Below, piece by piece: positions 11,068 to 19,742 of a DNA stretch of 64,000 nt; position 1 is the first letter of the stretch; each line of letters opens with the position of its first letter. A program made the translations under genes and the position numbers. This DNA is from Polyangiales bacterium (GTDB lineage Bacteria > Myxococcota_A > Polyangia > Polyangiales > Ga0077539). The stretch lies in NCBI GenBank assembly GCA_046351555.1, contig JAXLYI010000006.1, positions 186,284-250,283 on the forward strand, read 5' to 3'. The notes under the pieces were generated by a model that was not told the DNA's origin, made no database searches, and saw nothing but the letters and a program-made list of their open reading frames with translations.

Positions 11068-12467
11068 GCCCCTCGCGCGAGCCCCCGCGCGCCGTCGCCG
11101 TCGTCGAGGACGACCGCGACACCCGCAAGCTCCTCGGGCTCTGGGTGCGCGCCGAGGGGCACGACCTCGCCGACTTCGCCGACGCCCGCGCCGCCCTCGC
11201 CGCCGACGTCGCCCGCCTCGGCGCCGTCTGCCTCGACCTCCACCTCCCCGGCGCCTCGGGGATGGACGTGCTCCGCGCCCTCCGCGAGCGCGACCCCGAC
11301 CTCCCCGTCATCGTCGTCACCGCCGAGCGCGCCGTCGACGCCGCGGTGGAGGCGATGCGCGCCGGCGCCTACGACTACCTCGTCAAGCCCGTCGACCGCG
11401 CGCGCCTCGCCCAGTCGCTCCGCCGCGCCCTCGAGAAGCGCTCGCTCGCCGAGAAGGTGCGCGCGCTCAGCGCCCGCGCCGACGCGCCGCCGCCCCCCGG
11501 CGCCCTCGTCGGGTCGAGCGCCCCCATGCGCGAGGTGCAGCGCCGCATCGAGCGCGTGCTCGACAGCGACGTCACCGTCTGCGTCTACGGCGAGAGCGGC
11601 ACCGGCAAGGAGCTCGTCGCCCGCGCCGTCCACGACCGCGGCCGGCGCAAGGCGGGGCCCTTCGTCGCGATCAACTGCGCGGCCATCCCCACCGCGCTCC
11701 AGGAGAGCGAGCTCTTCGGGCACGAGAAGGGGGCCTTCACCGGCGCCCTCGCCGCGCGCGAGGGGCGCTTCGAAGAGGCCCGCGGCGGCACCCTCTTCCT
11801 CGACGAGATCGGCGAGATGAGCGCCGCCACCCAGGCCTCGCTCCTGCGCGCGCTCCAGGAGCGCACCGTGCGGCGCCTCGGCGGGCGCGAGGAGATCCCC
11901 GTCGACGCGCGGATCGTCTGCGCCACCCACCGCGACCTCGAGGAGGAGGTGCGCGCCGGGCGCTTCCGCCAGGACCTCTACTACCGCCTCGTCGTCTACC
12001 CCATCCGCGTGCCGCCGCTGCGCGACCGCCGCGACGACCTCGCCGCCCTCGCCGCCCACTTCCTCCGCAAGCTCCGCGCGGACGTCGGGCGCGACGTGCT
12101 GCGCGTCAGCCCCGAGGCCCTCGCCGCCCTCGCCGCCTACCCGTGGCCCGGCAACGTCCGCGAGCTCGAGAACGCCCTCCACTGCGCCATGCTCGCGGCG
12201 CGCGACGGCGTGGTCGACCTGCGCGACCTGCCGCCCGCCGTCCGCGGCGCCCGCGCGCCCGGCCCGCAGCCCTCAGCCCCGCCCGACGTCGCGCCCGAGG
12301 AGTCCGACGAGGCCGGCGTCCTCCCGCTCTACGAGGTCGAGCGCCGCGCGATCGTCCGCGCGCTCCGCGCCTCGCAGGGGGGCGTGTCGCGCGCGGCCAA
12401 GCTCCTCGGCATCAGCCGCACCACCCTCTACCGCAAGCTCGCCGAGTACGGGCTGGAGGCGGGGTGA
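11064..12467 (+). CDS. Sigma-54-dependent response regulator (NtrC family: REC, AAA+, Fis HTH)
   Basis: REC (CLDLHLPG), Walker A GESGTGKE, GAFTGA motif, C-terminal HTH LLGISRTTLYRKL. The GTG start overlaps the histidine kinase stop (GTGA). Confidence 0.9.
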   Translation: MSPSREPPRAVAVVEDDRDTRKLLGLWVRAEGHDLADFADARAALAADVARLGAVCLDLHLPGASGMDVLRALRERDPDLPVIVVTAERAVDAAVEAMRAGAYDYLVKPVDRARLAQSLRRALEKRSLAEKVRALSARADAPPPPGALVGSSAPMREVQRRIERVLDSDVTVCVYGESGTGKELVARAVHDRGRRKAGPFVAINCAAIPTALQESELFGHEKGAFTGALAAREGRFEEARGGTLFLDEIGEMSAATQASLLRALQERTVRRLGGREEIPVDARIVCATHRDLEEEVRAGRFRQDLYYRLVVYPIRVPPLRDRRDDLAALAAHFLRKLRADVGRDVLRVSPEALAALAAYPWPGNVRELENALHCAMLAARDGVVDLRDLPPAVRGARAPGPQPSAPPDVAPEESDEAGVLPLYEVERRAIVRALRASQGGVSRAAKLLGISRTTLYRKLAEYGLEAG

Positions 12468-12471
12468 CGCC

Positions 12472-12855
12472 GTGGAGATCCGCACCGTCCTCGTCGCCGA
12501 CGACGACCCGGCCGTGCGCCGGATCGCGGAGCTGAGCCTCGCGCGCGTTGGGGGCTTCCGCGTCGTGCTCGCCGCCACCGGCCCCGAGGCGCTCGACGTC
12601 GCCGCCCGCGAGCGCCCCGACGTCATCGTGCTCGACGTGATGATGGGCGCGATGGACGGCGTCGCCACCCTCGCCGCCCTCCGCGCGCGCGAGGCCACCC
12701 GCGGCACCCCCGTGGTCTTCATGACCGCCCGCGCCCTCGACGAGGAGGCCGCGCGCCTCGTCGGCGTCGGCGCCGCGGGCGTCATCCGCAAGCCCTTCGA
12801 CCCGATGAAGCTCCCCGCCGAGCTCCGCCGCCTCGCCGCCGGGGGCGCGCCGTGA
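12472..12855 (+). CDS. Single-domain response regulator (CheY-like receiver)
   Basis: VLVADDDPAVRR...VIVLDVMMGAMDG...IRKPF receiver motifs. GTG start 5 nt after the upstream stop. Confidence 0.8.
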   Translation: MEIRTVLVADDDPAVRRIAELSLARVGGFRVVLAATGPEALDVAARERPDVIVLDVMMGAMDGVATLAALRAREATRGTPVVFMTARALDEEAARLVGVGAAGVIRKPFDPMKLPAELRRLAAGGAP

Positions 12856-13115
12856 GCGGCGACGTCGAGGCCCTCATCGCCGAGGCGGTGGAGGAGTTCC
12901 GCGCCGCGCTGCCCGCGCGCGCCGCCCGCGTCGCCGCGCTCGCCGCCGCGGGCGACGCCGCGGGCGTAGAGGCCGAGGCCCACGCCCTCGCCGGCGCCGC
13001 CGGGTGCTACGGCTTCGACGCCGTCGGCGAGGCCGCGCGCGCCGTCGAGCGAAGCGGCGCCGCGCACGTCCCCGCGCTCCTCGCCGCCGCGGAGGCCGCG
13101 TGCCGCCCGCGCTGA
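12852..13115 (+). CDS. Hpt (histidine phosphotransfer) domain protein
   Basis: AHALAGAAGCYGF matches the Hpt consensus (compare CheA P1 AHSIKGGAGTFGF). Overlaps the CheY stop (GTGA). Confidence 0.6.
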   Translation: MSGDVEALIAEAVEEFRAALPARAARVAALAAAGDAAGVEAEAHALAGAAGCYGFDAVGEAARAVERSGAAHVPALLAAAEAACRPR

Positions 13116-14371
13116 CCCCGAGCGACCCCTACCGCCTCGTCGGCCGCACCGTCGCGGGCCGCTACGCCGTGGGCGCCGTCCACCGCCGCACGCGCCTCGC
13201 CGTCGTCTACCGCGCGCAGCACGTCGAGCTCCGGTCGGGCGTCGCGCTGAAGGTGCTCCACCTGCCCGCGTGGGCCGCGGAGCCGCACCGTGAGCGCTTC
13301 CTCGCGCGCTTCGCGCAGGAGGCCCGCACCGTCGCCGCGCTCAACCACCCCGCGATGGCCCGCGTGCTCGACTACGGCGAGCTCGCCCTCGACGTCGGCG
13401 CCACGCCCTGGATGGCGATCGAGTGGCTCGACGGCCGCACGCTCGCCGACGACCTCGCCGCGCGCCCCGGCGGCCGCCGCTCGCCGCGCGAGGCCCTCGC
13501 GCTCCTCGGCCCCGCGCTCGACGCGATCGCCTGCGCCCACGAGGCCGGCGTCGCCCACCGCGACGTGAAGCCCGCCAACCTCCTGCTCGTCCCCGCCCGC
13601 CGCGGCGAGTCCTCGCTCCGCGTCATCGACTTCGGCATCGCCAAGGTGATGGAGCCCGAGGAGTCCGCCGACCAGGAGCACACCGCCACCCGCGCCGCCA
13701 TCGCCGCCTTCTCGCCCCTCTACGCCGCGCCCGAGCAGGTGGCCGGCTCGCGCACCGGCCCCTGGACGGACGTGCACGCGCTCGGGCTCATCCTCACGGA
13801 GCTGCTCACCGGCGCCAGCGCCTACCGCGCCGACGACGAGCGCGCGCTCTTCGCCGAGGTGCTCGACGCCGCGCGCCCCACGCCCGGCCGCGCCGGCGTC
13901 GACGTCGGCCCCTGGGAGGCCGTCCTCGCCCGCGCCCTCCACGCGCGCGGCGCCGAGCGCCACGCCGACGCGGGCGCGCTCCGGGCCGCGCTCGAGCGCT
14001 CGGTCGACGCCGCGCAGGCCGCGTGGGAGGCGCCCCTCGCGCGCAACGCCCTCGCCGACACCCGCGTCGCCGTCGGCGAGCTCCACCCCGCCCCGTCGCG
14101 CGACGACGCGCCCCGCGCCGCGCGCCGCGCGTGGGTGGCCGCCGCCGTCGCCGGCGCCCTCGCCGCGTGCGCCGCGCTCCTCTGGGCGTCGCGCCGCGCG
14201 CCCGAGCCCGCCGCGCCCGACGGGCCCGTGCCGGTGACGCCCGTCCCCGCGCCCGCCCCGGTGGCTGAGGCGCCGCCGACCTTCGCCGCGCCCGCGCGAC
14301 CGCCGTCAACGCCGCGCCGCGCCGCGCCCGCGCGCCCGCGCGCCGCCGCGCGCCCCATCGTCATCGAGTAG
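13100..14371 (+). CDS. Ser/Thr protein kinase, membrane-anchored (paralog A)
   Basis: Hanks motifs VALKVL, HRDVKPANLL, DFGIAK, APE. C-terminal TM and Pro-rich tail ending ...RPIVIE. The GTG start overlaps the Hpt gene. Confidence 0.85.
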   Translation: MPPALTPSDPYRLVGRTVAGRYAVGAVHRRTRLAVVYRAQHVELRSGVALKVLHLPAWAAEPHRERFLARFAQEARTVAALNHPAMARVLDYGELALDVGATPWMAIEWLDGRTLADDLAARPGGRRSPREALALLGPALDAIACAHEAGVAHRDVKPANLLLVPARRGESSLRVIDFGIAKVMEPEESADQEHTATRAAIAAFSPLYAAPEQVAGSRTGPWTDVHALGLILTELLTGASAYRADDERALFAEVLDAARPTPGRAGVDVGPWEAVLARALHARGAERHADAGALRAALERSVDAAQAAWEAPLARNALADTRVAVGELHPAPSRDDAPRAARRAWVAAAVAGALAACAALLWASRRAPEPAAPDGPVPVTPVPAPAPVAEAPPTFAAPARPPSTPRRAAPARPRAAARPIVIE

Positions 14372-14379
14372 AGGCCCGC

Positions 14380-15531
14380 ATGAACCTCACGCCCGGAACC
14401 GCCCTCCGCCAACGCTACGCCCCCATCGCCCCCGCCGACGACCGCGGCGCCGGCGAGGCGTGGCGCGCCCTCGACCTCGCCCGAGGTCAGCGCGAGGTGA
14501 CGCTCTCGCTCTACGGCCCCGGCAGCGCCGCGGCGGCCGCGCGCCTCGACGCGGCGGCGCGCGCGGCCGCGCACCCGTCGCTCGCCCGACCGCTCGACGT
14601 CGGCGCCGAGGGCGGCCGGGCCTTCGCGGCGTACGAGCCCTTCGCGGGGGCCTCGCTCGGCGCTCACCTCGACGCGGCGAGGGCCCGCGGCGAGCCCCCG
14701 CCGCTCGCGTGGGTGCGCGCGGTGTTCGACGCCGCGTCCGCGGCGGTGGAGGCGCTCCACGCGGCGGGCGTCGCGCACGGCGCGCTCTCGCCGGCGTCGG
14801 TGCTCGTCGGCGGCGCGGCCTTCGCGGTGTGCGTGGTCGACGCGGGGCTCGGATGCTTCGCGCGCGCCGCGGCGACGCCGGGTGCCGCCCGCGCGTCCGC
14901 CTGCGCCGCGCCCGAGCTCGCCGCGGGCGCCGAGCCCGACGCGGCGTCGGACGTGTATGCGCTCGGGGCGCTGCTGCGCGAGGCGCTCGACGGGCGCGCC
15001 GACGTCGCCGACGCCGTGGGGGAGGCGGCCGCCCTCGCGACCGCGCACGACCCGGCGGGGCGCTTCGGCTCCGTGGCCGCGCTGCGCGCCGCGCTCGCGG
15101 GCGAGTGGGAGCTCGGCGACGCGCTCGAGAGCCCCACGGTGATGTCGCCCGCGCCGACCGAGTCGCCCCCCGCAGCGCGCCGACACGGCGGCACCGCGCT
15201 CGCGGAGGACGTCGGCATCGGCGAGTCGCGCGGCGCGGCCTTCGCGGGCACGATGATCGCCGACGTCGACCAGCGCCTCGCGCGCGTCCGCCCGATCGAC
15301 GCGCCGCTCGACGCCGGCGACTTCGCGCGCGAGCTCCCGTCCGCCGCGGCGACGCCGTCGCTCCCGCCGCCCGCGCCGCGCGCGCCGACGCCCGCCCCGC
15401 CGCCGCCCGCGCCGCCCGCGGTGAGCGACGACCGCGGCCGCGCCGTGGCGGTCGCCGCGATCGCGATCATCGCGCTCGCGGGCGCCGCGATGATCGCGTG
15501 GGCGCTGCTCCACGGGGGGCGCGCGTCGTGA
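14380..15531 (+). CDS. Pseudokinase (degenerate kinase fold, C-terminal TM)
   Basis: Kinase-like topology, but the catalytic loop reads AHGALSPASVLV instead of HRDLKPxN. No VAIK lysine or DFG is evident. Starts 8 nt after kinase A. Confidence 0.6.
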   Translation: MNLTPGTALRQRYAPIAPADDRGAGEAWRALDLARGQREVTLSLYGPGSAAAAARLDAAARAAAHPSLARPLDVGAEGGRAFAAYEPFAGASLGAHLDAARARGEPPPLAWVRAVFDAASAAVEALHAAGVAHGALSPASVLVGGAAFAVCVVDAGLGCFARAAATPGAARASACAAPELAAGAEPDAASDVYALGALLREALDGRADVADAVGEAAALATAHDPAGRFGSVAALRAALAGEWELGDALESPTVMSPAPTESPPAARRHGGTALAEDVGIGESRGAAFAGTMIADVDQRLARVRPIDAPLDAGDFARELPSAAATPSLPPPAPRAPTPAPPPPAPPAVSDDRGRAVAVAAIAIIALAGAAMIAWALLHGGRAS

Positions 15532-15603
15532 GCGACCGCGCGCACCCGTTCCGTTTCGCGACACCCGTGACAGTTCCGGTGAATTGCGTCTGAGACGACC
15601 GCC

Positions 15604-17277
15604 GTGATACCCCCCAAACACACCCCCGCCATGATGCTCCTGCGGACGATCGGCGCGCGCTCGGCGCGCGAGGGGCGAGCGCCCGCCGCCCTCGCGCTCG
15701 CGCTGCTCGGCTGCGCCCGCGACGACTGGCATTTCATCGCGCGCGACGCCGCCGCCGTCACGGTCGACGTCGGCGCGGACGTCACCGCCGACGTCGCCGT
15801 CGGTTCAGACGTCACGGACGCGTCTGACGTCGCCGCCGTCACCGACGTCAGGGACGTCACCGACGCGCCCGACGTCACGGTCGCCGCGGACGTCGCCGAC
15901 GCGGCCGCCGACCGGCCCGCCGACGCGCCGCTCGACCTCTCCTGCCGCGAGGGCTCGACCTTGTGCCGCGACGAGTGCGTCGACACGTCGTCCTCGACGG
16001 TCCACTGCGGCGGGTGCAACCAGCTCTGCGGGTTCGGCCAGACGTGCACCGCCGGCCGCTGCCGCGGCGAGGCGCCCGGCACCTGCGCGGACTCGCCCTG
16101 CGGCGGCGTCTGCACCACCGGGCGCTGCACGCCGCCCGACGCGATCGCGGTCGGCGGCGCGCACGCCTGCGCCCGCCTCATCGACGGCTCGATGCGCTGC
16201 TGGGGCGGCAACGGCGCGGGGCAGCTCGGGCGCGGCACGGAGACGCCGTCCGAGCCGGCGCCCGCCTTCGTCGTGAGCCCCGCCACCACCGCCGCCCCGC
16301 TCGCCGACGTTCAGACCTTGTCCGCCGGGGCATCGCACACCTGCGCGGCGGTCGACCAGGGCACCACCGCCGGCCTCAGCAACGTGCGCTGCTGGGGCGC
16401 CAACGCCCTGCGGCAGCTCGCGCAGCCCGCCGGCCTCGCGCTCTCCGCGCGCCCCGCCGCCGTGACGGAGGTCGTCGGCGCTTCGATGCTCGCGGCGGGC
16501 GGCGACCACACCTGCGCGCTCACCGCCATGGGCTCGATGACCACGCTGCTCTGCTGGGGCAACAACGCCGACGGGCAGGCCGGCGTCGGCGTGCCGTCGG
16601 CGTTCGTCCCCTCGCCCATGCCGGTGTCGACCGCGATGCTCCCGTCGACGCGGCCCACCTTCCTCGGCGTCGCCGCGGGCGCCGAACACACCTGCGCGTG
16701 GTCGGACTCCGGCGTCTACTGCTGGGGGCGCAACAACCACGGCGCCCTCGGGCGCTCGACCACCATGGTGGTCAACGGCAACGCCGCGCCGGCCCCCGTG
16801 CCCGACGCCCTCGGCACGATCACGAAGGTCGTCGCCGGCGAGGGCTTCACCTGCGCCCTCACGCGGGGCGGGCGCACCGCCCTCAACGTCTGGTGCTGGG
16901 GCTACGGCGAGAGCGGGCGGACGGGCCTCGGCGACGCCGCCGACGCGCTGTCGCCCCGCGCGGTGATGCTCAGCGGCGCGGCGGTCGACCTCGCCGCGGG
17001 CCGCGCCCACGCCTGCGCGCTCCTCGCCACGGGCCAGGCGCTCTGCTGGGGGAGCAACGCCCGCGGCCAGCTCGGTTCCGCCGTCCCCGGCGCCGCCATG
17101 ACCCCCTCGCCGGTCTCCACGACCGTCCCCTTCGCCGCCATCGCCGCCGGCGGCGACACCACCTGCGCGCTCGCGATGGGCTCGGGCGCCGTGTACTGCT
17201 GGGGCGACAACGCCAACGGCCAGCTCGGCGCCGCGGCCCCGCCGACGAGCGCGACGCCGCTGCGGGTGACATTCTGA
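15604..17277 (+). CDS. RCC1-repeat (beta-propeller) lipoprotein with N-terminal DVT-repeat linker and Cys-rich knot
   Basis: Lipobox LALALLGCA. Repeated CWG.N..GQLG / HTCAL RCC1 blades (7 or more). N-terminal (DVTDA)n linker. Confidence 0.8.
   Translation: MIPPKHTPAMMLLRTIGARSAREGRAPAALALALLGCARDDWHFIARDAAAVTVDVGADVTADVAVGSDVTDASDVAAVTDVRDVTDAPDVTVAADVADAAADRPADAPLDLSCREGSTLCRDECVDTSSSTVHCGGCNQLCGFGQTCTAGRCRGEAPGTCADSPCGGVCTTGRCTPPDAIAVGGAHACARLIDGSMRCWGGNGAGQLGRGTETPSEPAPAFVVSPATTAAPLADVQTLSAGASHTCAAVDQGTTAGLSNVRCWGANALRQLAQPAGLALSARPAAVTEVVGASMLAAGGDHTCALTAMGSMTTLLCWGNNADGQAGVGVPSAFVPSPMPVSTAMLPSTRPTFLGVAAGAEHTCAWSDSGVYCWGRNNHGALGRSTTMVVNGNAAPAPVPDALGTITKVVAGEGFTCALTRGGRTALNVWCWGYGESGRTGLGDAADALSPRAVMLSGAAVDLAAGRAHACALLATGQALCWGSNARGQLGSAVPGAAMTPSPVSTTVPFAAIAAGGDTTCALAMGSGAVYCWGDNANGQLGAAAPPTSATPLRVTF
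15750..15910 (+). repeat. In-frame tandem repeat (GACGTCRCN units) encoding a DVT/DVA linker
   Basis: Seen directly. Lies inside the RCC1 gene. Confidence 0.6.
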
Positions 17278-17284
17278 GGGCCCC

Positions 17285-18676
17285 ATGAGTGAAGAAGCAC
17301 AGGACGTCTTCGGCCTCGTCGGGCGCGCGCTCCTCGACAAGTACCTCGTCGACCGCGTCGTCGCGAAGGGCGGCTTCGGCACCGTCTACCAGGGGCGCCA
17401 CCTCGAGCTCCAGACGCCCGTCGCGGTGAAGGTGCTGATGGTGCCCGACCGCTTCCAGGGCGACCTGCGCGAGGAGTTCCTCGAGAAGTTCAGGCTGGAG
17501 GCGCGCACCATCGCGGCGCTCAACCACCCGGCGATCGTGCGGGTGCTCGACTTCGGCACCGCCCTCTTCGCCGCCGGCGCCTCGCCCTGGATGGCGCTCG
17601 AGTGGCTCGAGGGCCACACCCTCGAGAGCGAGCTCGAGGCCCGCCTCGGCCAGCGGGGCCGCTCGCCGCGCGAGGCCCTCGCGCTCCTCCGCCCCGCCTT
17701 CGACGCCCTCGCCTGCGCCCACGAGGTCGGCATCGCGCACCGCGACGTGAAGCCCGCCAACATGATGGTCGTGCGCGCGCGCCGCGGCGAGCCCGGCCTC
17801 CGCATGCTCGACTTCGGCATCGCCAAGGTGATGGAGCCCGAGGAGCAGGCCGGCTCGGGCCACACCTCCACCCAGACCGAGCTCACCGCCTTCTCGCTGC
17901 TCTACGCCGCCCCCGAGCAGATCAGCCGCTCGCGCACCGGCCCCTGGACGGACGTGCACGCGCTCGGGCTCATCCTCACCGAGATCCTCACCGACACCCA
18001 GGCCTACCAGGCCCAGGACACCACGCAGATCTACGCCGAGATCGTCGGCCGCGAGCGCCCCACGCCCGGCCGCGCCGGCGTCGACGTCGGCCCCTGGGAG
18101 GCCGTCCTCGCCCGCGCCCTCTCCCTTCGCCCCGCCGAACGCCACGGCAACGCGGCCGACTTCCTCGCCGCCCTCGAGGCCGCCGTCGACGACGCCGACC
18201 GCGCGTGGCAGGCCGCGCGCTCGCCTTCACTCGCGCCGCACGTCGCCCACGGCGCGCCCGCGCCCGCCGCGCCCAAGCCCGACACGCTCATGGGCGCCAC
18301 CGGTGCGCGCCCCGCGCCGCGCCGCAGCCGCTACCTCCTCCCGCTGAGCGCGCTCGGCGCGCTGGCCCTCTTCGGCGCTGGCCTCTACGCGGTCGCCCGC
18401 ACCACCGCCGCAACCGCCCCCGAGGCCCACCTCGCGCAGCCGCCCGCCCGCCCCGCGCCGCCCGCCGTCGCACCGCAGGCGCCCGCGACGCAGGTGCGCG
18501 CGCCGCAACCGCCCGCGCCGCAACCGCCCGCGCCGCAAGCGCCCGCCGCAGCACCCGACGCCGGCACGCCCGCCGTCGCCGCAGCCGCCCCCGACGACGG
18601 CCGCCCCCGACGCCACCGACGCCACGCGCCCGCCGAAGGCGGCCGCGCCCCGGGCGGCGGCATCGTCATCGAGTAG
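17285..18676 (+). CDS. Ser/Thr protein kinase, membrane-anchored (paralog B)
   Basis: Hanks motifs (GGFGTVYQG, VAVKVL, HRDVKPANMM, DFGIAK). Shares 48- and 60-nt near-identical nucleotide blocks with kinase A and the same ...IVIE C-terminus. Confidence 0.85.
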   Translation: MSEEAQDVFGLVGRALLDKYLVDRVVAKGGFGTVYQGRHLELQTPVAVKVLMVPDRFQGDLREEFLEKFRLEARTIAALNHPAIVRVLDFGTALFAAGASPWMALEWLEGHTLESELEARLGQRGRSPREALALLRPAFDALACAHEVGIAHRDVKPANMMVVRARRGEPGLRMLDFGIAKVMEPEEQAGSGHTSTQTELTAFSLLYAAPEQISRSRTGPWTDVHALGLILTEILTDTQAYQAQDTTQIYAEIVGRERPTPGRAGVDVGPWEAVLARALSLRPAERHGNAADFLAALEAAVDDADRAWQAARSPSLAPHVAHGAPAPAAPKPDTLMGATGARPAPRRSRYLLPLSALGALALFGAGLYAVARTTAATAPEAHLAQPPARPAPPAVAPQAPATQVRAPQPPAPQPPAPQAPAAAPDAGTPAVAAAAPDDGRPRRHRRHAPAEGGRAPGGGIVIE

Positions 18677-18691
18677 CCCCGCGAGACCCCA

Positions 18692-19728
18692 TGCAACGCG
18701 CCGCACGCACCTGGATCTTCACCGCCGCCGGCCTCCTCACCGGCGCCACCGCCGCCGCGCAGGACGGCCCCGAGGAGGTCGCTCGCCGCGACCTGATCCG
18801 CCAGGCCGAGCGCGCCTCGCGCCACCGCCACCACGAGGAGGCCGTCGAGCTCGCGACCCGCGCCAACCAGATCCGCTCGACGCCATCGATCCAGTACTTC
18901 CTCGCGAGCGAGCACCAGACGCTCGGCCACGCGGTGGAGGCGCTCGGCTTCGCGGGCGCGTGCGTGCGGGCCGCCGAGGCCGACACGAGCCTGCGCAACC
19001 GCGAGGCGATCCTCCGCGCGTGCCGCGAGATCGAGTCCGCCGAGGAGCCCCGCGTCGGCCGCGTCACCGTGCGCGCGCCGCAGCCCCCGCCCCCGGGCCT
19101 CGCGGTCCGCGTCAACGGCGCGCCGATCGCCGCCGCGCTCGTCGGCGTGCCCTACCCCGTCGCGCCCGGCGCCGTGCGCGTGCAGGCCACCGCCGAGGGC
19201 TTCACGTCCTTCGAAGGCGCCGCGCAGGTCAGCGCGGGTCAGACCAGCACCGTCGAGATCACCCTGGCGCCCATCGCCGCGCCACCGCCTCCGCCACCAC
19301 CACCACCACCGCCTCCGCCCCCGCCGCCTCCGCCGCGAGACGCGCTCCCCCCGCCGCCGCCGCCGCCGCCACCTGCCCCGAGCGGACCCGGCGTGGGCCC
19401 CTGGATCGTCGTCGGCGCAGGTGCCGCGAGCCTCGCGCTGGCGGGCGTGTTCTACGGCCTCGCCTCGGGCGCGCGCAGCGACCGCGACGCGGCCTGCAAC
19501 GCCGGCGGCTGCGACCCGATCGCGCAGTCACACGACGGTCGTTACGCCGACCTCCTCACCGCCACCAACGCGGCCCTCGGCGTCGGCGCGGCCGCCGTGG
19601 TGGGCGGCGCCGCGTGGTACCTCGTCGCGCGCCTCACGCAGTCGTCCGGCGCCGCGCGCACCTCGCTCCGCCTCGACGTGAGCCCGCGCGCCGGCGGCCT
19701 CTCGCTCGGCCTCGGCGGCCGTTTCTGA
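18692..19728 (+). CDS. PEGA-domain protein with an 18-residue poly-proline run and C-terminal TM
   Basis: Signal peptide. The PEGA-like segment GLAVRVNGAPIAAALVGVPYPVAPGAVRVQATAEGFTSFEGAAQV. P18 then P11 runs (nt 19279-19381). C-terminal TM helix. Confidence 0.6.
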
Positions 19729-19742
19729 GCGGCCCGCGCGGG

